Of a stretch of DNA of 64,000 nucleotides, positions 1-14,153 are shown one piece after another. The notes beneath the pieces were generated by a model. It was not told the DNA's origin. It saw nothing but the letters and a program-made list of their open reading frames with translations, and did not search any database. Positions within the stretch are counted from its first letter, which is position 1; every line of letters begins with the position of its first letter. The stretch comes from Auanema rhodensis (Eukaryota; Animalia; Nematoda): positions 10,602,001-10,666,000 of the forward strand of contig OZ059900.1 of assembly GCA_964057225.1 (NCBI GenBank), read 5' to 3'. Position numbers and translations under genes: made by a program.

Positions 1-2523
1 TTCGTTTTCATTCGTAATTTATAGTATTTATGCTGATATTTGTTTATTAATTGTTAATTTCAGATACAACACCATATATGAATTTCAAAGTTTTCATTGA
101 AATGTATTCAAGAAAAAAAATTATAAAATTTATTTTGCGTTTATTACATTTGCTGACCAAACAGCAATCAAAACTTCAAAGTTTGATCAAGAAATATCAA
201 AATTATTTCAACAAATGTTGTCTTTTGGTTGCTTTGAAGGTGGAGTGATGTCATTGTCTTTTGAGAAAACATTTTTAACTTAGCTTCCATTCATTCATAT
301 GTAATATGATTATAACATCTGAATATTTTAATTTAATTTTATAATCTACTTCAACAGAATTTTTATTTTTAACATCAAATATAAAATAATATGAACAATA
401 CAATCAAACGTATGATAATCTATTTAAATGAATTATTATAATCTAAAAATCTAAAATAAACTTGTATGTATAATCCTCTAAGAAATTGAATGTCATAGCT
501 ATTATAGAACAACTGAATACTGCGAATACGTTTTAATTCCGGTAATCTATTCTATCAATTCTTTCTCAACTGTTCGTTTAAGCAAAAATATTTCAAAAAA
601 CTCAGAACACTATGTGTATATTAAGTATAATATTTTAATATGTAAAAGTAGGTAAAAACTGAAAAAAAAAAAGAATAAAAAAATATAAAAATTCTGTTTT
701 TTCCTGCTAGAAAATAATCGATACTCGTATTTTTTATTCGTTTATTTTTTTTATTTAAGCAAACTGTAACAAATAAAATATTATAAAAAGAGAGAAGAAG
801 ACAATGCAAACGACATTTTTAAAATTCATATGAACATATTTATAACATATTTATTTCTATTCCTAGAATAGATAGATATACATATATAGTATAGTATAAT
901 ATAATAAACTATATGTATATATTTAGTCTTATTATGATGTGTGCAAGAGAGTATATAGATATACATATCATAATGAATATCATGAGAGCTTACTAACTCA
1001 TATATCTCATCTTTCCTTTTACTTGATTCAACTTTATTATTTGTAGTTATATTAAGGCTTTCTCACTCTACTATTAGAAAGTAAACCTTATTCCACCTAT
1101 CGTCATTGCAATCCTATTCTCTCTCTTTCTTTTTATCCTTCTTCTACTTGCAATCAGTCTCACTTTCTTAAACAACATCGCGATTTCCTTTCAATTTCCT
1201 TATTTTGTGTTAAATTAAGAGCCCGACTCAGAACAGAGTATGTTCATCATTCCATCCATCCTTATAACTAATTTTACTCTCAATATTCTATTCTATAAGC
1301 TGTCCTCACACGATATAGTTATAAGAATCATACTTATCAATCTGGCTGTAGTCATCCAGCTGTGATCTCATCTATCTAAACCACACCCTTTATTCATTTT
1401 TTTGTGAAATTTCTTCTCGCTTTTGAAATTTTTTTCAAATATTTCATCTATAGAATCTATACATATTTTTAACTATATTCAATAGACATTTTTTCAATTT
1501 AGTCAATTTATCGTCTACTTTTCAAATAATCAAAAGTTTAGGCTTCACAGAGAGAGCGAAATAGTTAGTAAAACTGAGAGAGCAATAAAGAATACTAGGT
1601 AGACTGTGACGATTGAGCAACTCAGACTAAAGATTGCTGACTGTATTTATAATAGTTTAAAAACCTTTTCAAAACATTCTAAATAGTTTTCACATACAAT
1701 TGGAAGATTAAATTAGTCTGTATATCGCTGCATGCGAGAGCTTTGTGAATGCCTCTCCTGAAAAAAAACCTATTCTCCACTTTTGCATTGTCGTCAGACT
1801 GAATTTTGAAGAAACTTTTGATATTTTACATTGAACCATCAATTATAAGTTAAGTAAATGAATTTCAAAGAATCTTTTTAGTTCAAATCTACAAACATTG
1901 AAAAGAAAACAGGTATTTTGAAGAAATGTCAACTACTTTCTTGTTATTTTATCTGATACGCTAACGTTTTACCCATTTCCCTTACCTCAGTTTTCAGTTC
2001 AATCATTACATTTCCTTAAGTCTTTTCCCACATGCTTCTTTCTACTCATCCTATTTTCTAATTCGAGTTCAAAAACGTCATTTTTAAACTTTCATCGCAT
2101 TGAAATGTTCTGCATTCTTATGCTCTTTCTATAACCTTTTCATTTCTTTTCTCAACGTATAAATACTTATTTCATAGCTTTTCACTTTATTCCCAGTTAG
2201 TGGATTAATCTTAAAGACGTGGGAGAGCTAACGATAAAATTAATCATAAGTAATCGTTGACGACATTGGACTTGCTGCTTTCAGCAAACTTTTGACGAAA
2301 ATCTTTGTTTTGTCAGCTCAAAAAACAATTATGATCTAACTTTCGAGTTTATTGAACTTTCGCTTACCACAAAACATTACAAAAACTTTTTTAAAAGCTG
2401 TAGATTAAAAAAACAAATGGCTGAGAAAGAAATTTTTTTGAAAACAAGCAAAAAATGATCAAATGAGCATAGCTATATAAGGATACAATTCTTCATTTTT
2501 CCCGAAAGATTTCATTTTCTTAC

Positions 2524-2620
2524 CTCGTTCAAGAGAAGATATGTCTAAACTGTGTTGCCATTCAGTTATTTTCTGCTCGACTAGCTTTACATGCTCAAAC
2601 AACGAGAAAAGCCTAACTTG
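2524..2620 (-). other. Candidate isolated exon
   Basis: Minus-strand CTTTCAG acceptor and GAG|GTAAGA donor enclose 97 nt with one open frame (QVRLFSLFEHVKLVEQKITEWQHSLDISSLER). No partner exon confirmed. Confidence 0.25.
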
Positions 2621-3243
2621 CTGAAAGTGTAATTGTTGCTGATTTGATTGTGATTCAATTTTCTGAATGATTGTTTTAGAATTCAGTCCAAACGTTCAGT
2701 ATCTGGTTTGTATCAGAGCAGCGTCGATCATGATGCTTATTAGCCAGCATTGGACATTAATCATCAGCAACATCGTGCAATCGTCATTTTTGTTTTTTTT
2801 TCTCGGCTTGCTCTTCATATCGTTGATCTAATTCAACTTTTTTAATGTTTGAGCAACTAGTATGTACACACGCTTCAGCATGCAGTTCCTGGACCTTTCA
2901 GACCAAATCGAAACGTTTCAGCAGACTAAGATATTTAACGAAATAGAGTAATCATGACTTTCAAAGTGCAACATATTTCCAGACACCACATAATCACAAA
3001 TTCGTGTTCGTGCACCAGAATGGAGCAAAATCACTAAAAACGCAATTTGGTTCTCATTGCGCTCCTTCTTTTTCTCTTATTCTCCTCACTCTCTTGCCAG
3101 CTATCGGTTTTAGCTTCTGATTCGTAGAGAACAGCAGCAACAGCAAAAATCTTTCAAAGACACTAACATTGGCTTGAACTTACTTTATCCTTCATTTCAC
3201 ATTTGGAAGCAGTGCAATATAGATACATACACGCAATCATATA

Positions 3244-3318
3244 TACACTCACACACACACACACACACATACACACATACACACACATCTACTCACATGC
3301 ATATATATACACACACAC
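3244..3318. repeat. (CA)n/(TA) compound microsatellite
   Basis: Direct reading of the sequence. Confidence 0.9.
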
Positions 3319-4256
3319 TCCTATTCACATGAACATACTCACATTCACATACGCATACATGGATACACGCGTTTCAAAGACACCAAATCATTTTACGGAC
3401 CAGCAGTCGAGCGTTAATCTAAATTCCTTGTTATGCATTACTCTCTTTCTTTTACACTTTTATCTTGTTCTCTGACAAGCTATTAGATGTCAGATATAAC
3501 ATAGAATATAGATTTCTTTATTTTCTCTTTGCCATTTTAAATTAATACGCCCTAATCTCAAAAAAAAGATTTCCTTTTCATTTTAATCATATGCAGGACT
3601 TCGCCTTATTCGTTCCTCGTTCTCTTCCTCCCACCACTCGCTTCACCTATTTTCACTTTTTTTTAACTTTTTGACCGAAATCACCTTTACTTTGTTTCAA
3701 TTCCAGGCGTTTTGTTTCGTTCGTTTTCACTTCCTGCACATAGTTCAGCTTAAGCTACCAGACCTCACTATTCAGCACTCTTTTCTAGAAGTTTGTTTCT
3801 TAATTATTTGCTCTGTTCCTTTGACTTTTGCTTTTACTTTGTTTCAATAATAGGAAGCGTAAAAGTGCGTTCAGACTCATTTCAACTATGTTCTCTTTCA
3901 TTTTTTATTTTTTTTCTTGTCAAACAGCTTATAATAGTCTTCTCATATTGGCTATTTTCTATAAAAATTTTTGTTTTATTAGCCAATTCATGAAAAAAAA
4001 AGAAGAAAAACAAAAGATACTTTATTTAGAGCAAAAAGTGTCGGAGAGTAAGAGACAAACTGAGAGTAAAAGTACGCCAAGTGACATAAAAAGGAAGAAA
4101 AATCAGAGTATATTAAACATAAAAATAATAGAACAAAAATTAATAGTGAAAGAAGAATAAAGAAATAGTCATTCTGTTCAAAAGTTCAACAGCATGAAGA
4201 TGAATGATAATTTGTTCATGAACTTTCTGTAAATTTTGAATATAAGAGATAAAAAC

Positions 4257-4266
4257 AGAGAGAGAA

Positions 4267-4306
<40 letters not shown>
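4257..4306. repeat. (GA)n microsatellite
   Basis: Direct reading of the sequence. Confidence 0.9.
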
Positions 4307-7300
4307 TGAGTTTTTTATTACTCTATACATCACAAACATCCTGCACACTAATCTATTGTTTTTTTTTGGAATTTGTTATCATCATTCTTCACGAATGCAT
4401 CAAATCACACATAATACTATGATCAAGCAACATTACAAAGAGGACTAAAAGAACAATGCTATTGATTCTGAAGCAACTAGGTTTATATTGCCCTATAAGC
4501 CAGACGATTTGTTCTTCTTTTCTTTTTTTTAGCTTGATTCTAACTCAAAAGTTCAGAGTACAACTGCTTTTCGGTTTTTTCTTGTTTTGATTTATGCAGT
4601 CGCAGCTTCCCTCAATCACATTTATCATCGTTGTTAGTTGGTTTGGAGTTCATTTTCTTGATCTTTATATGGATTCTTTCAGTCGTTTCAACTTTCTTCC
4701 TTTTAGAGAAAATATGATTGTTGTTGTCTGCTTCCTTTCACCTTATTTTAGGTTTTTAAATCTTCAGCATGCCCCTTTTTGAGCTTCAGTAAAACGAATA
4801 TACTCAAGTATCATGCGAGCAAATCAGCTTGTTTCATTGTTTTCCTCATATCACAATATTAATAATGTATATTTCACATATAAACCTTAAATCACTTGAT
4901 CATTGATTCATTTGCATTATAATTCGTTCATAACTGCCATCATTTAGGTTGTTTGATGAGGAGACGAAAAAATTTTTGCACAAATTAAGTTAACTAACTA
5001 CACAACCTCGTAATTTGGTCAAACAATTTGTTCATCTTTCACTACTATAGAGATATAGATGTCTTATTTTCTTATATCTCTTTATTTAATATCTTTCTTT
5101 TTTCTTTTCTCTGCTCTATCTCTCACTGTTCGCCTGCATCTTTTCTTTAAAATTCCTCTCTCTTTTATGTTGGCCACCGTCTTTCTTCGATCCTACTCTA
5201 TTCCCTTTTTAGCTTCTTTGAACTAGCATTCCTTCTTTTCTTACTTCTACTATTTACAATTATAATTCTTCAAATCTAATACTTTCTCTTCATCATTCTT
5301 TCTATCAATTGTGTTTCTAGTAATCTTTTTTTTGACATTCATCATAAACTTTTGTTAAAACTATGATAAATCATACGACAATTCTTCAAAATATTGTGCT
5401 TATTGACGTTATGCACAAATGACAATTTTAAGATTGAAATTCTGATCTCATTCAACCGTTCATTATCTATAATTTTCAAGTTGAAAGTGTATACTGTCAT
5501 TAAAAAATGTTCATTAATTTGTAATAGTTGAATAAACTTTTATGCTTTCCGCTCAAGTTCACAAGTTTCTTCTTAATTTTTTTTAAACTTTCATATTTCA
5601 ATTAATTTTTTTTAATTTCTTGATCTCTGCTCATTTCAACTTTGCTGCCTCAGCTGAGTTGAAACAACTACTATATGTTACTTTGTTTCCCTTTGAAGAT
5701 GCTAAAAACTTTTGCCATTTTTTTAAATCATTTATCATAATTTCATTAATCCATCTCTTGCTCATCCTTCTTTTCAACCATATCTGTAATTCCAACTCAT
5801 GTGTTTCCTTTCTCATAAGCAACGCTCACTGTCTCCATTTTGTTCTCCTTTTTTTCTGTTTTCTTTCTATAACATTTCTTAGATCCATCTTGAACTCAAG
5901 CCTCATTTCTCAAGCTCTCTCTTGCTTTTCCTTTTTCTCAATCTCTTCTCTGGTCTCCGTCTTTTCCATCCTATTTTCTCTCATTGAAGTTTTACATATG
6001 AATCTCTGATCCGATGCTGTGCTGAACTACGCTAACTATGCTTATTTTCTCGCCCTTTGACTTATCTATATCATAATGTTCTTCCATTTGTTATGAACAT
6101 TCACTAACTTCTATTTTCCATAAGGTTTTATATCCTTCTCTTCCTGTCATATTTTTCATATACTTCCGCTTCATAGTATTTTACCTCATGGCACACTTCC
6201 ACTTAGTTTCGTTTCTTTTCTTTGGACATCACTTTATTTCAGAAATTCTACGGTCTCTTTTCATCTTTATGCCTTTCCTTTTCCTAAGCTTTTCAATCAT
6301 CATCTTTTTACCCTCTATCAAACTTATTTCTTTCTCTTTTTTTCTCGTCCTCGTTTACCCTAAGAAAAGCATAACTGACTTTAATTTTTCAATAGCTTAA
6401 GCGTAGTTCTTAGATTTAGAGAAATTATTATCAGCATAATGTTCAGTATATTTGCTTCTTACACTTATTCTTTAATTAATATATCAAACAAAAAACAATA
6501 AACATGCTCTGGACCTACTATCGCATTCTTTGCAACTGAGTATGATTTAAAATTCAATTCAGCATACACATACATAACACACACTTCAAGAAACGTTTTC
6601 ATTTATATCTCAGGACAAACACATAAGCACAAGCGACACATCAATGAATGATCTATGCATATCAAAGGCTCAACTCTCTTCCTCCCTATTTCTCTCTCTC
6701 TTACTCGTTTACTATCTCTCTCAATTTTGCCGTTCTCTTTCTCTTATTCTATATATAAAAATGAAATAAAAATAAATATATATAAAAATAACTATATTCA
6801 TATATATGTATATATAGTATATAATATTATTATTTATTTATGTTAAATTAAATTGAATTACGGAAAAAGATAATTAATTTTAGTTTATAAACAATTTGTT
6901 CTTTTTTCGTTTTAGCCTCACCTTTCATGTGTCTTTCTTTCTCTTTTTCTTTCTTTTTCAATCTCGTTCTTTTCTTTTTTTTGTTATTATCTATATGTTC
7001 CATATTTTTGATACTTCTTTGAATAGGCGCTAATATATAAGCTTGCACATTAGATATTACTCAAATTTGATTGTGGAATTTTTAATAATTATTAGTGTTC
7101 TATGTCAATGAGATGACAGCTGATTTTTATGAAAGTTGAGAGAGCTTGATTGAGAAAGCAAATGGGAAGAAAAGACAGTTTACAAGAAGATTAGGAATCA
7201 CATATATCATGAAGCGATTTATTTAATGAGAAACGAAAGGTTAAGTGATGTGAGCGAAAATATGGTTGAGCTAAGGTTATTCAATTATCCATTCTCATCT

Positions 7301-7407
7301 TTCTGTCTATTCCTTTCAATTTTAACGGCGTAGTCTGATGATATATATTATTTATGACAGAAAAGAGATTTAAAATTAGAAAAATATTAGAAGAAGTAGA
7401 AGAAAGA

Positions 7408-7452
7408 GGGAGAGAGAGACAGAGAGAGACAAAGAGAGAGAGAAAGAGAGAA
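7408..7452. repeat. Imperfect (GA)n microsatellite
   Basis: Direct reading of the sequence. Confidence 0.8.
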
Positions 7453-10400
7453 ATAAGTGGAAACAGGGATAAATGAAAACTTTGGAGATGTATAAGATGA
7501 TAGTGATAGTTATGGAAAGGAGGGGTAAGAGAACAAGCTTAAAACAACTTGAAAGAGGGAAATATGTATGGAGAAGGTTTAAAGAAGTGGCGATGAACAA
7601 AAGAAAAGTTGAACATTGAGTGTTATGCAATTTGACAGCACTTGTTTGTGATGTTCACACCTCATACTCAAAAATATCGCTTAGTCTAGTTTTAAACTTG
7701 ACAGTATTTTTGAATTTTTCGTTGCTGCATCTGAAAATGACAAAACGTTTAAACAATTATGTGAAGATAAAAAGCAAAATATTGGATGTTTCTTTGATGA
7801 TTATATTAAAGGAACATTGCGATAAATATATTGACGGCATCTCATACAAAGAACTCAAGTATGTTAAAAATTCCATGATACTTAGTTCATGATTCAAGTA
7901 CTGAAAACTGATGTCGAGTATAATCGAAGTGGAAAAATACTAAATAATGATGAAATATCATAATATCAACAAAAAATCTAACACAGTTAGGAGATAATTG
8001 CTGTATTTGAGAAATCAAACTCATGTTGCTCATCAGAATTTCGCTGTTCCAAAGTTGTAATTCAAAATAATGGCAGAAAAGCACTACATCTGAATTGTTC
8101 ATGATATACTGGGAGATAGATAGAAAGAGAGAGAAAGATAGAAAACGAGAGAAACAGAGAAAAAGAGGAAGAGGAAGAAGATGGAACCAACAACAACATT
8201 ATTTGAGTTAAGTCTTCCTACACAGACGAGATACCCAGACATGAGAATGGGTATTCCAATGATATGCACTTATATTATCAGTTCAGAATAAGGGGCGCTC
8301 GTTTCTTCCTCATCATAATTTGTCTTGTTTCTGAATATCCTTTTTCGCTTTTTCTTTTTTGTTTTAGTTTTTTTTCTATTTTCTCGTTATTAATCTTTTT
8401 CCTATGTTCACAGTTTGATAACTGACCTATTCTATTCTATTCATATTTAATCTTAATCATAATTCTACCTACTTGTAAGAGCAACGCATCTCTTGGTATT
8501 ATCGGTCTCCCTCTCATAACAGATTTGCAAAAAAAAACATAGAACAATAAGCTATTCGATTTCTTTTCCGTGTTACTTCCGAATATAGAATCCAGGATGA
8601 TAGCATCAAATAACAAATTCATATTCTCTATGAGTCGAAGCTATGATGAAGCAGCTAGATGTCTATCTGCTACTATCTATATACAGCATATTTATTGAAT
8701 TATTCTGAACAAAATTTGGAAAAACTTATAGCATACTGTTTATTTTGCTCAATTTTCAAGTTTAATTCAATTTATTTTTATTCTTTATTGTTTTTGTTTC
8801 GGTATTTGTTGTCATTGCTGTCATATAAGAGTAATGGTGATCTTAGAGCAGAGAATAAGCATAGAAGTAAAAAAAGAAACATAATCTTTCTCTTAATTTT
8901 TTGAAAAAAAAAACGGAAGTTACGCGGTGAAATTGGCTCTTTGAGTATTATCCATTTCATTGCTAGTGCCCTCCATTTAAATGATATTAATGAATTAAAA
9001 ATACTTCAAGTTCTTCATCTTTTCCTTCCTCCAAATCATAAGTACCATCATATCCTTCAACAATTGATGGTCATATGTTAAGCTTGAAACGATGGATGAG
9101 TGAGTGTGCGAAGATGAGAGTGAGTAAAGCTAGACGAGAAGCAAGGCATCGGGACAGGAGTGTATATAAGGATGAAGATTGCTGATGAAAGCAATGGCGT
9201 CTTGAGATTTAGAAGGATAAAACACTATTCTGAACTGAGTATTGACTATGGAATCAAACTTAATACTTAGGAAATGACGTTAATTCATGTTTAAATAAGA
9301 AAAAGCTTATTATAATTCATTTTCACTAAAGTTGTGTTTTACTTTATGCTTTTTAACATACATACATCATAATCAGTCTGCCATTTCACACACATACTCA
9401 CGCCCATTTCGCCCAGCGGCTCTATTCAATTCCCGTCTACTGTTAGCTGTTCCTTACTTCGCACTTATTGAGACCAAGTTCATCCGTACTACCGATCAGA
9501 ATGCAGAAAACCGCATTGCTGAAAATGCTTTTTTAATTTTTCGGATCATATACATAGTATGTGGCCTTGTCAGTGGGTGCTTAAAAGTTGATTTTTACAA
9601 AGTTCTTGCTACTTTTGAACAATTCTCCATGTCATTTAAATAACTTTTCATATGAATTTTCTAATAGACAAAAGATTTCATTTTCATATTTGAGACAAGA
9701 ATACTTGGAAATCTGTTTTAATTATTCATTACCAAGTTCATATTGCAGTCAAACTTTACAAGACCATCAAATCATTAAAGGCAATTACTAATATTGAGAG
9801 AGTATTATCCCTCATGATCTCTGTCGCCTTGTTCATTGCTTACTATGCTCACTGCTTATGCACAAACGTTGATGTTTTATATAAACAATGTTATATGAAG
9901 CATTTTTCTTCTTCTTAATTTAAAAAAAGAGGAATCTTTATCGAGTTTTTTTTGCTTCTCAACGAAACAAAAAATGATTTCGATTTTAAACCTCAAAATT
10001 TAAGCGAGCTTTCATTTAATATTAAATTTAATTTTGAAACAATCTGCTTGATATGCATTGGTAAATCAGTGCGGAATATTCTTTTTTCTTTTTTTTAGTT
10101 TTTTTTCACAACCGTAGAGATAACATTATACTTTTTACAAGTATATCGTTTTCAGTTACTATAAATTTATTAATTTTCCAATTAAAATTAATATTATACT
10201 AGAGAAAAATAAAATTATGTAAAAAATCGAATTTAGTTCTCATGAAAACTTTAGTTCATTTTTGTTCCATGAGATAATCGTGGTTTTTTCATTTAATTCA
10301 ACTGAGATAAACTTATTGAAAGAAATTGAGAGAGAAAGAGAGAGAGAGAGAAACGACAAGAAAAAGTTATAAACTGAAAAATCTGTTCCCATTTATTGAT

Positions 10401-11496
10401 GTAAATGAACTTTTTAAGCATTTTTCCATATGAATCAACTCAGTTTAAAGTTTAGATATGTGCATATCATGAAAATAATTAATTGAAGACTATGCACTAA
10501 CAAGAAGAATTAGCAATTCATGTAATTCATTGTTTCTCATAATGAAAGATCTTTTGAAACATGTCTATTCTACATGATCATTAGTGGAAAACGTTCATCA
10601 TCGTTTACTTTTATAAATTTTTAATCATGGATATATGCATAACCCTGAAGATAAAGAAAAAAGAGAAAAAAAGCACAAGAGAGAGTTCCAAAGATTCGCA
10701 AAAAAAAGAGAAAGAACAAGTAAATAGTACGATTGAATCTCCTTGTATTTCGCTTATTATTTTTATTTTTGTTTCTTCTTCATGCTTTTATGCGGCATGC
10801 TATCCAACTTCCTCCATCCTTTGCTTTCAATATTTTCTCACGCTCTCTCTTGACTTCGTTTTCTCTCAATGTCGCCCGTCTTCCCTCTTTTCTTTTTTCT
10901 TCGAATTTTTTCTGAATTAAAACAGTGAAACAGGTCTCGTCATGCTTCTTTTACATTCACTGAGTGATGAAACAGAAAATTCATAAACAACATATCGAAA
11001 TAATAAAATAATATGTTATAATTATCTTTTATTATTCACAATTGTTAATTATTTTTCATGTATCATTTATGAAATAGTTTTATTTCAGTAACATCAAAAA
11101 GTTTCATGACATGAATGTTGTATTTATTATATTAAAGCAAACAAATAGTAATCGGATTCAATTATTTCACTATCTATTAATAAAAATATGAATATATCAA
11201 ATAGTTTTGAGCAAATGAGATTTTTGATGAGAAAATCAAAATGTTATATAGAGTGACATGTTCATTATTATCAGTAATTAAGTTTGATTTTGAGCTCTAG
11301 AAGTTTTCAAAATCTTCATCATATATTTCTCAGCTGTTTTCAAACACGAATATTCTGATTATATTTAAATTATCTAGCTTATGTAATGTATTTTTTTTTG
11401 TTTTCTTCACTTTTCATCTTCATTCCTTTTTTAGAATTTTATTGCTTTATTTTATTTTTTCATAAACTATATTTGATTATATATATATTATTTAAT

Positions 11497-11503
11497 TTTG
11501 CAG
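11497..11503 (+). promoter_or_regulatory. Upstream splice/trans-splice acceptor of the sprr-2-like gene
   Basis: TTTGCAG follows an AT-rich outron-like tract and lies 120 nt upstream of the ATG at 11624. Confidence 0.5.
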
Positions 11504-11623
11504 ATTTGGGCAATTCTTTGAGATTATTATGCATGAAGAGTGATAACAGGCTTAAACAATAGTCTTGCAGTTACTAGTTCATTGTCTAATTTAAATTTTG
11601 AAAAAGTTTTGGAATATTGAAAA

Positions 11624-14153
11624 ATGGCAAAAAATCCAAAAAAAATGTAAGTTTTCAGTTTTCATATTTATCGGCATCATATTTTGGAACAACTCTTGCT
11701 TAATTTTTGGTCAAATTTGAATTATTTATTAGTATATTTTCTAGATGTACTTCTATGCAGCCTCTCGAATTCAGTGCGGCTTTGATGGAGGAAGCTAAAC
11801 GATGCGTTGAAGAGCGTGAGTCATGTGATAATTTTTTTGCTTTTTTCATCAACATTCATGTCATATTTGATTAATATTTCAGATTATTATAATTTTTACG
11901 ATGGCTGTCTTGAAGTATGCATTACTGATCGAATGATACTACCATTATCACATTATCAGGATTTAGAAGAGCTTGTTTATGGAAAGGTAATATTCACTTG
12001 TATATATGAAGAAAGAAAGATTGACAAAGAAATAAATGAATACATTTTTGAATCAAGGTTATTGTTCTATGACCTAGCAATCAAAGAACAGAAGTAAACG
12101 ATGAAAATTCATCTAGTTGCTGAATTGACTTTTGAAATATAAATTTTTCAGAAAAGAAACATAGAAAAAATATGAATATCATGCAATGTATCTTGATTAT
12201 AGATCTTCCCAGCAATCGTATTACTTGCAATATTATCCAATCTGGCTGTAGCTATTGTGTTATCCAAAAAACATATGATAACGCCGACAAATGTTGTACT
12301 AAAATACATGGCAATTGCTGAATTACTGGTTGGATTAATTCCATTACCGTGGACAACATTCTTCTTTACATTCAAGTATGTGCAATGAAAAAGTTTTCAA
12401 AAAATATCTTTTTTTGAATATATTTTGTTTGATTTTTCATAATATTTATTATATTAATATAATGTAATTATTTTAATACTATAATATTAGGAATGAATTA
12501 TAGATATCATAAAAATACTGAAGATCTTCATTTATGGTGGTGTTATCTGAACAAATATAGCATGGATGCTCTTCCACCCATCTTTCACAACATAGCCATG
12601 TGGCTAACAGTACTTTTAGCTGCACAAAGGTAAATTATAAAATTCAAAAAAAAACGCAATTGAACCAAAAAAATTTACTTTTCTTTATAAATTTTGAGAG
12701 AACGAGATCATATTTTCTGCAAAAAAAAATTAAAACCTAATCCGATTAATAATATGAGAAAGTGATATTTGATAAGCAAAAATTAATTTTTTTCTTGAAA
12801 AACATTTTCGTTTCTGAAAAAACAACTAATTAGACTTGAGAAAGTAAATTAAGAAAACATAACTGAACTCTTACAGATTCGTGTCGATATCATATCCATT
12901 ACATTCACGTAGTATCTGCAATGTGCGTAATGTCCGTTTAGTAACAATTATGATTGCGGTAACAACTATATTTTATATAATTTAAAGTATATTTTGAATA
13001 GATAATATCAATTCTATGTGGGATGCCTAAATCTTTTGATTATTTTCTGGATACTGTTGATGGATGGGTATTCACTCCACAACGAGAATGGCGCTATATG
13101 AAGTACGGTTTTTCCTGACTGTTTAGCTTGACATATTAAGTCAGGTTGTTATTGAAGACTTTTCACTTCACACTCACTTTTTTATCTTTTTATTAGTTTT
13201 AATATGCATAATCGTAAAAGTTTTAGAATTCACACTAAGACAATAATGGAGGTTTCTATTCTATTTTTCTTTTTTTAGAGCATGCACAACATCACCAACT
13301 CCTCTACTTAGAGCAGTTGGACAAACTGTCTTCTATAATATCTATTTTTGGACTCGTACAGTTGCATTTATCATACTGCCAAGCGTGTTATTGGTTATTC
13401 TCAATATTCTGCTGATACGACAAATTCGAAGAGCTGAAAAACGAAAGCGGAAACTTCTAAAGTAAGCTGAAATAAAGTAAATTGAATACTGTATATCATT
13501 TCAATTTTACAGAGAAAAACGAAGTGAAGAAGCAGCTCGTCAACGTGATAGTAACTCAACCAGTTATATGCTTGTCTTTGTTGTTACTCTGTTTTTGGTA
13601 TGATATCTATATAAAATGCATTGCAACTGAGTAATATTAATTATAGATTGTTAATTTGCCTCAGGCAGCTTTCATGGCAGTTTTATGTGTGTGTGAAACA
13701 TTCAACATTCGTCTTAGCTTATTGGAAGGTATTTTCCCTGCTGTATTCCTGCTCTCTAGCAATATGTTCGTTATGGTAATTGTCATATTCACTTCATATA
13801 ATTATGGTTGATTTATTTTTCCAATTCAGGCAACGTATCCAGTTAATTTTGGAATATATTGCTTCATGTCAAGCAGTTTTCGTGAAACATTCAAAGCATT
13901 ATTCTGCCCGTAAGTCTATAATCCATTTTAACATTCTAAAAAATCATAAACATCTTTGATTATTTACAATTCTAATAAACTGGATTTTAGCACATGGCTT
14001 ACTCAAATTCGGCAGGCTTTAAAACGCAAACGCACATCCAACCGTTCTAATAACACTGCTATTCTGAATACAACTCATGAAGCCACCGATCATCTGATGC
14101 TATCTGAATGCCCATCAGCGAAATACTTTCCAGAACCATCCACTTGTAATTGA
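11624..14153 (+). CDS. sprr-2: Sex-peptide receptor-related / myoinhibitory peptide (MIP) receptor-like class A GPCR, 12 exons, about 439 aa
   Basis: Exons 11624-11646, 11745-11815, 11883-11986, 12203-12375, 12504-12629, 12877-12958, 13002-13102, 13279-13461, 13513-13597, 13647-13775, 13830-13909, 13991-14153. All introns are GT-AG with matching phases; 1320 nt in total. The translation includes VYGKIFPAIVLLAILSNLAVAIVLSKKHMITPTNVVLKYMAIAELLVGLIPLPW, WWCYLNKYSMDALPPIFHNIAMWLTVLLAAQRF, EKRSEEAARQRDSNSTS and ATYPVNFGIYCFMSSSFRETF, closely matching my recollection of C. elegans SPRR-2. The 23-nt first exon is the least certain part. Confidence 0.88.

Noticed and set aside
5634-5666. Small hairpin TTTCAACT-TT-GCTG-CCT-CAGC-TG-AGTTGAAA
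   Set aside because: Too short for a pre-miRNA and plausible by chance.
8643-8710. ATGATGA...CTGA resembling a C/D snoRNA
   Set aside because: No terminal stem and no recognisable rRNA antisense element.
10236-10249. RFX/DAF-19 X-box-like GTTCTCATGAAAAC (and ATTCTCATGACAAC at 51734-51747)
   Set aside because: They fit only the relaxed consensus, for which several chance hits are expected in 64 kb. Both lie more than 1.3 kb from an ATG, whereas functional X-boxes are usually proximal.
51-10920. Many 60-130 aa F/L/I/S- or K/R/E-rich ORFs (also at 22-39 kb and 51-62 kb)
   Set aside because: Their composition reflects T-rich, A-rich or microsatellite DNA. They show no domain similarity or splice-supported structure.
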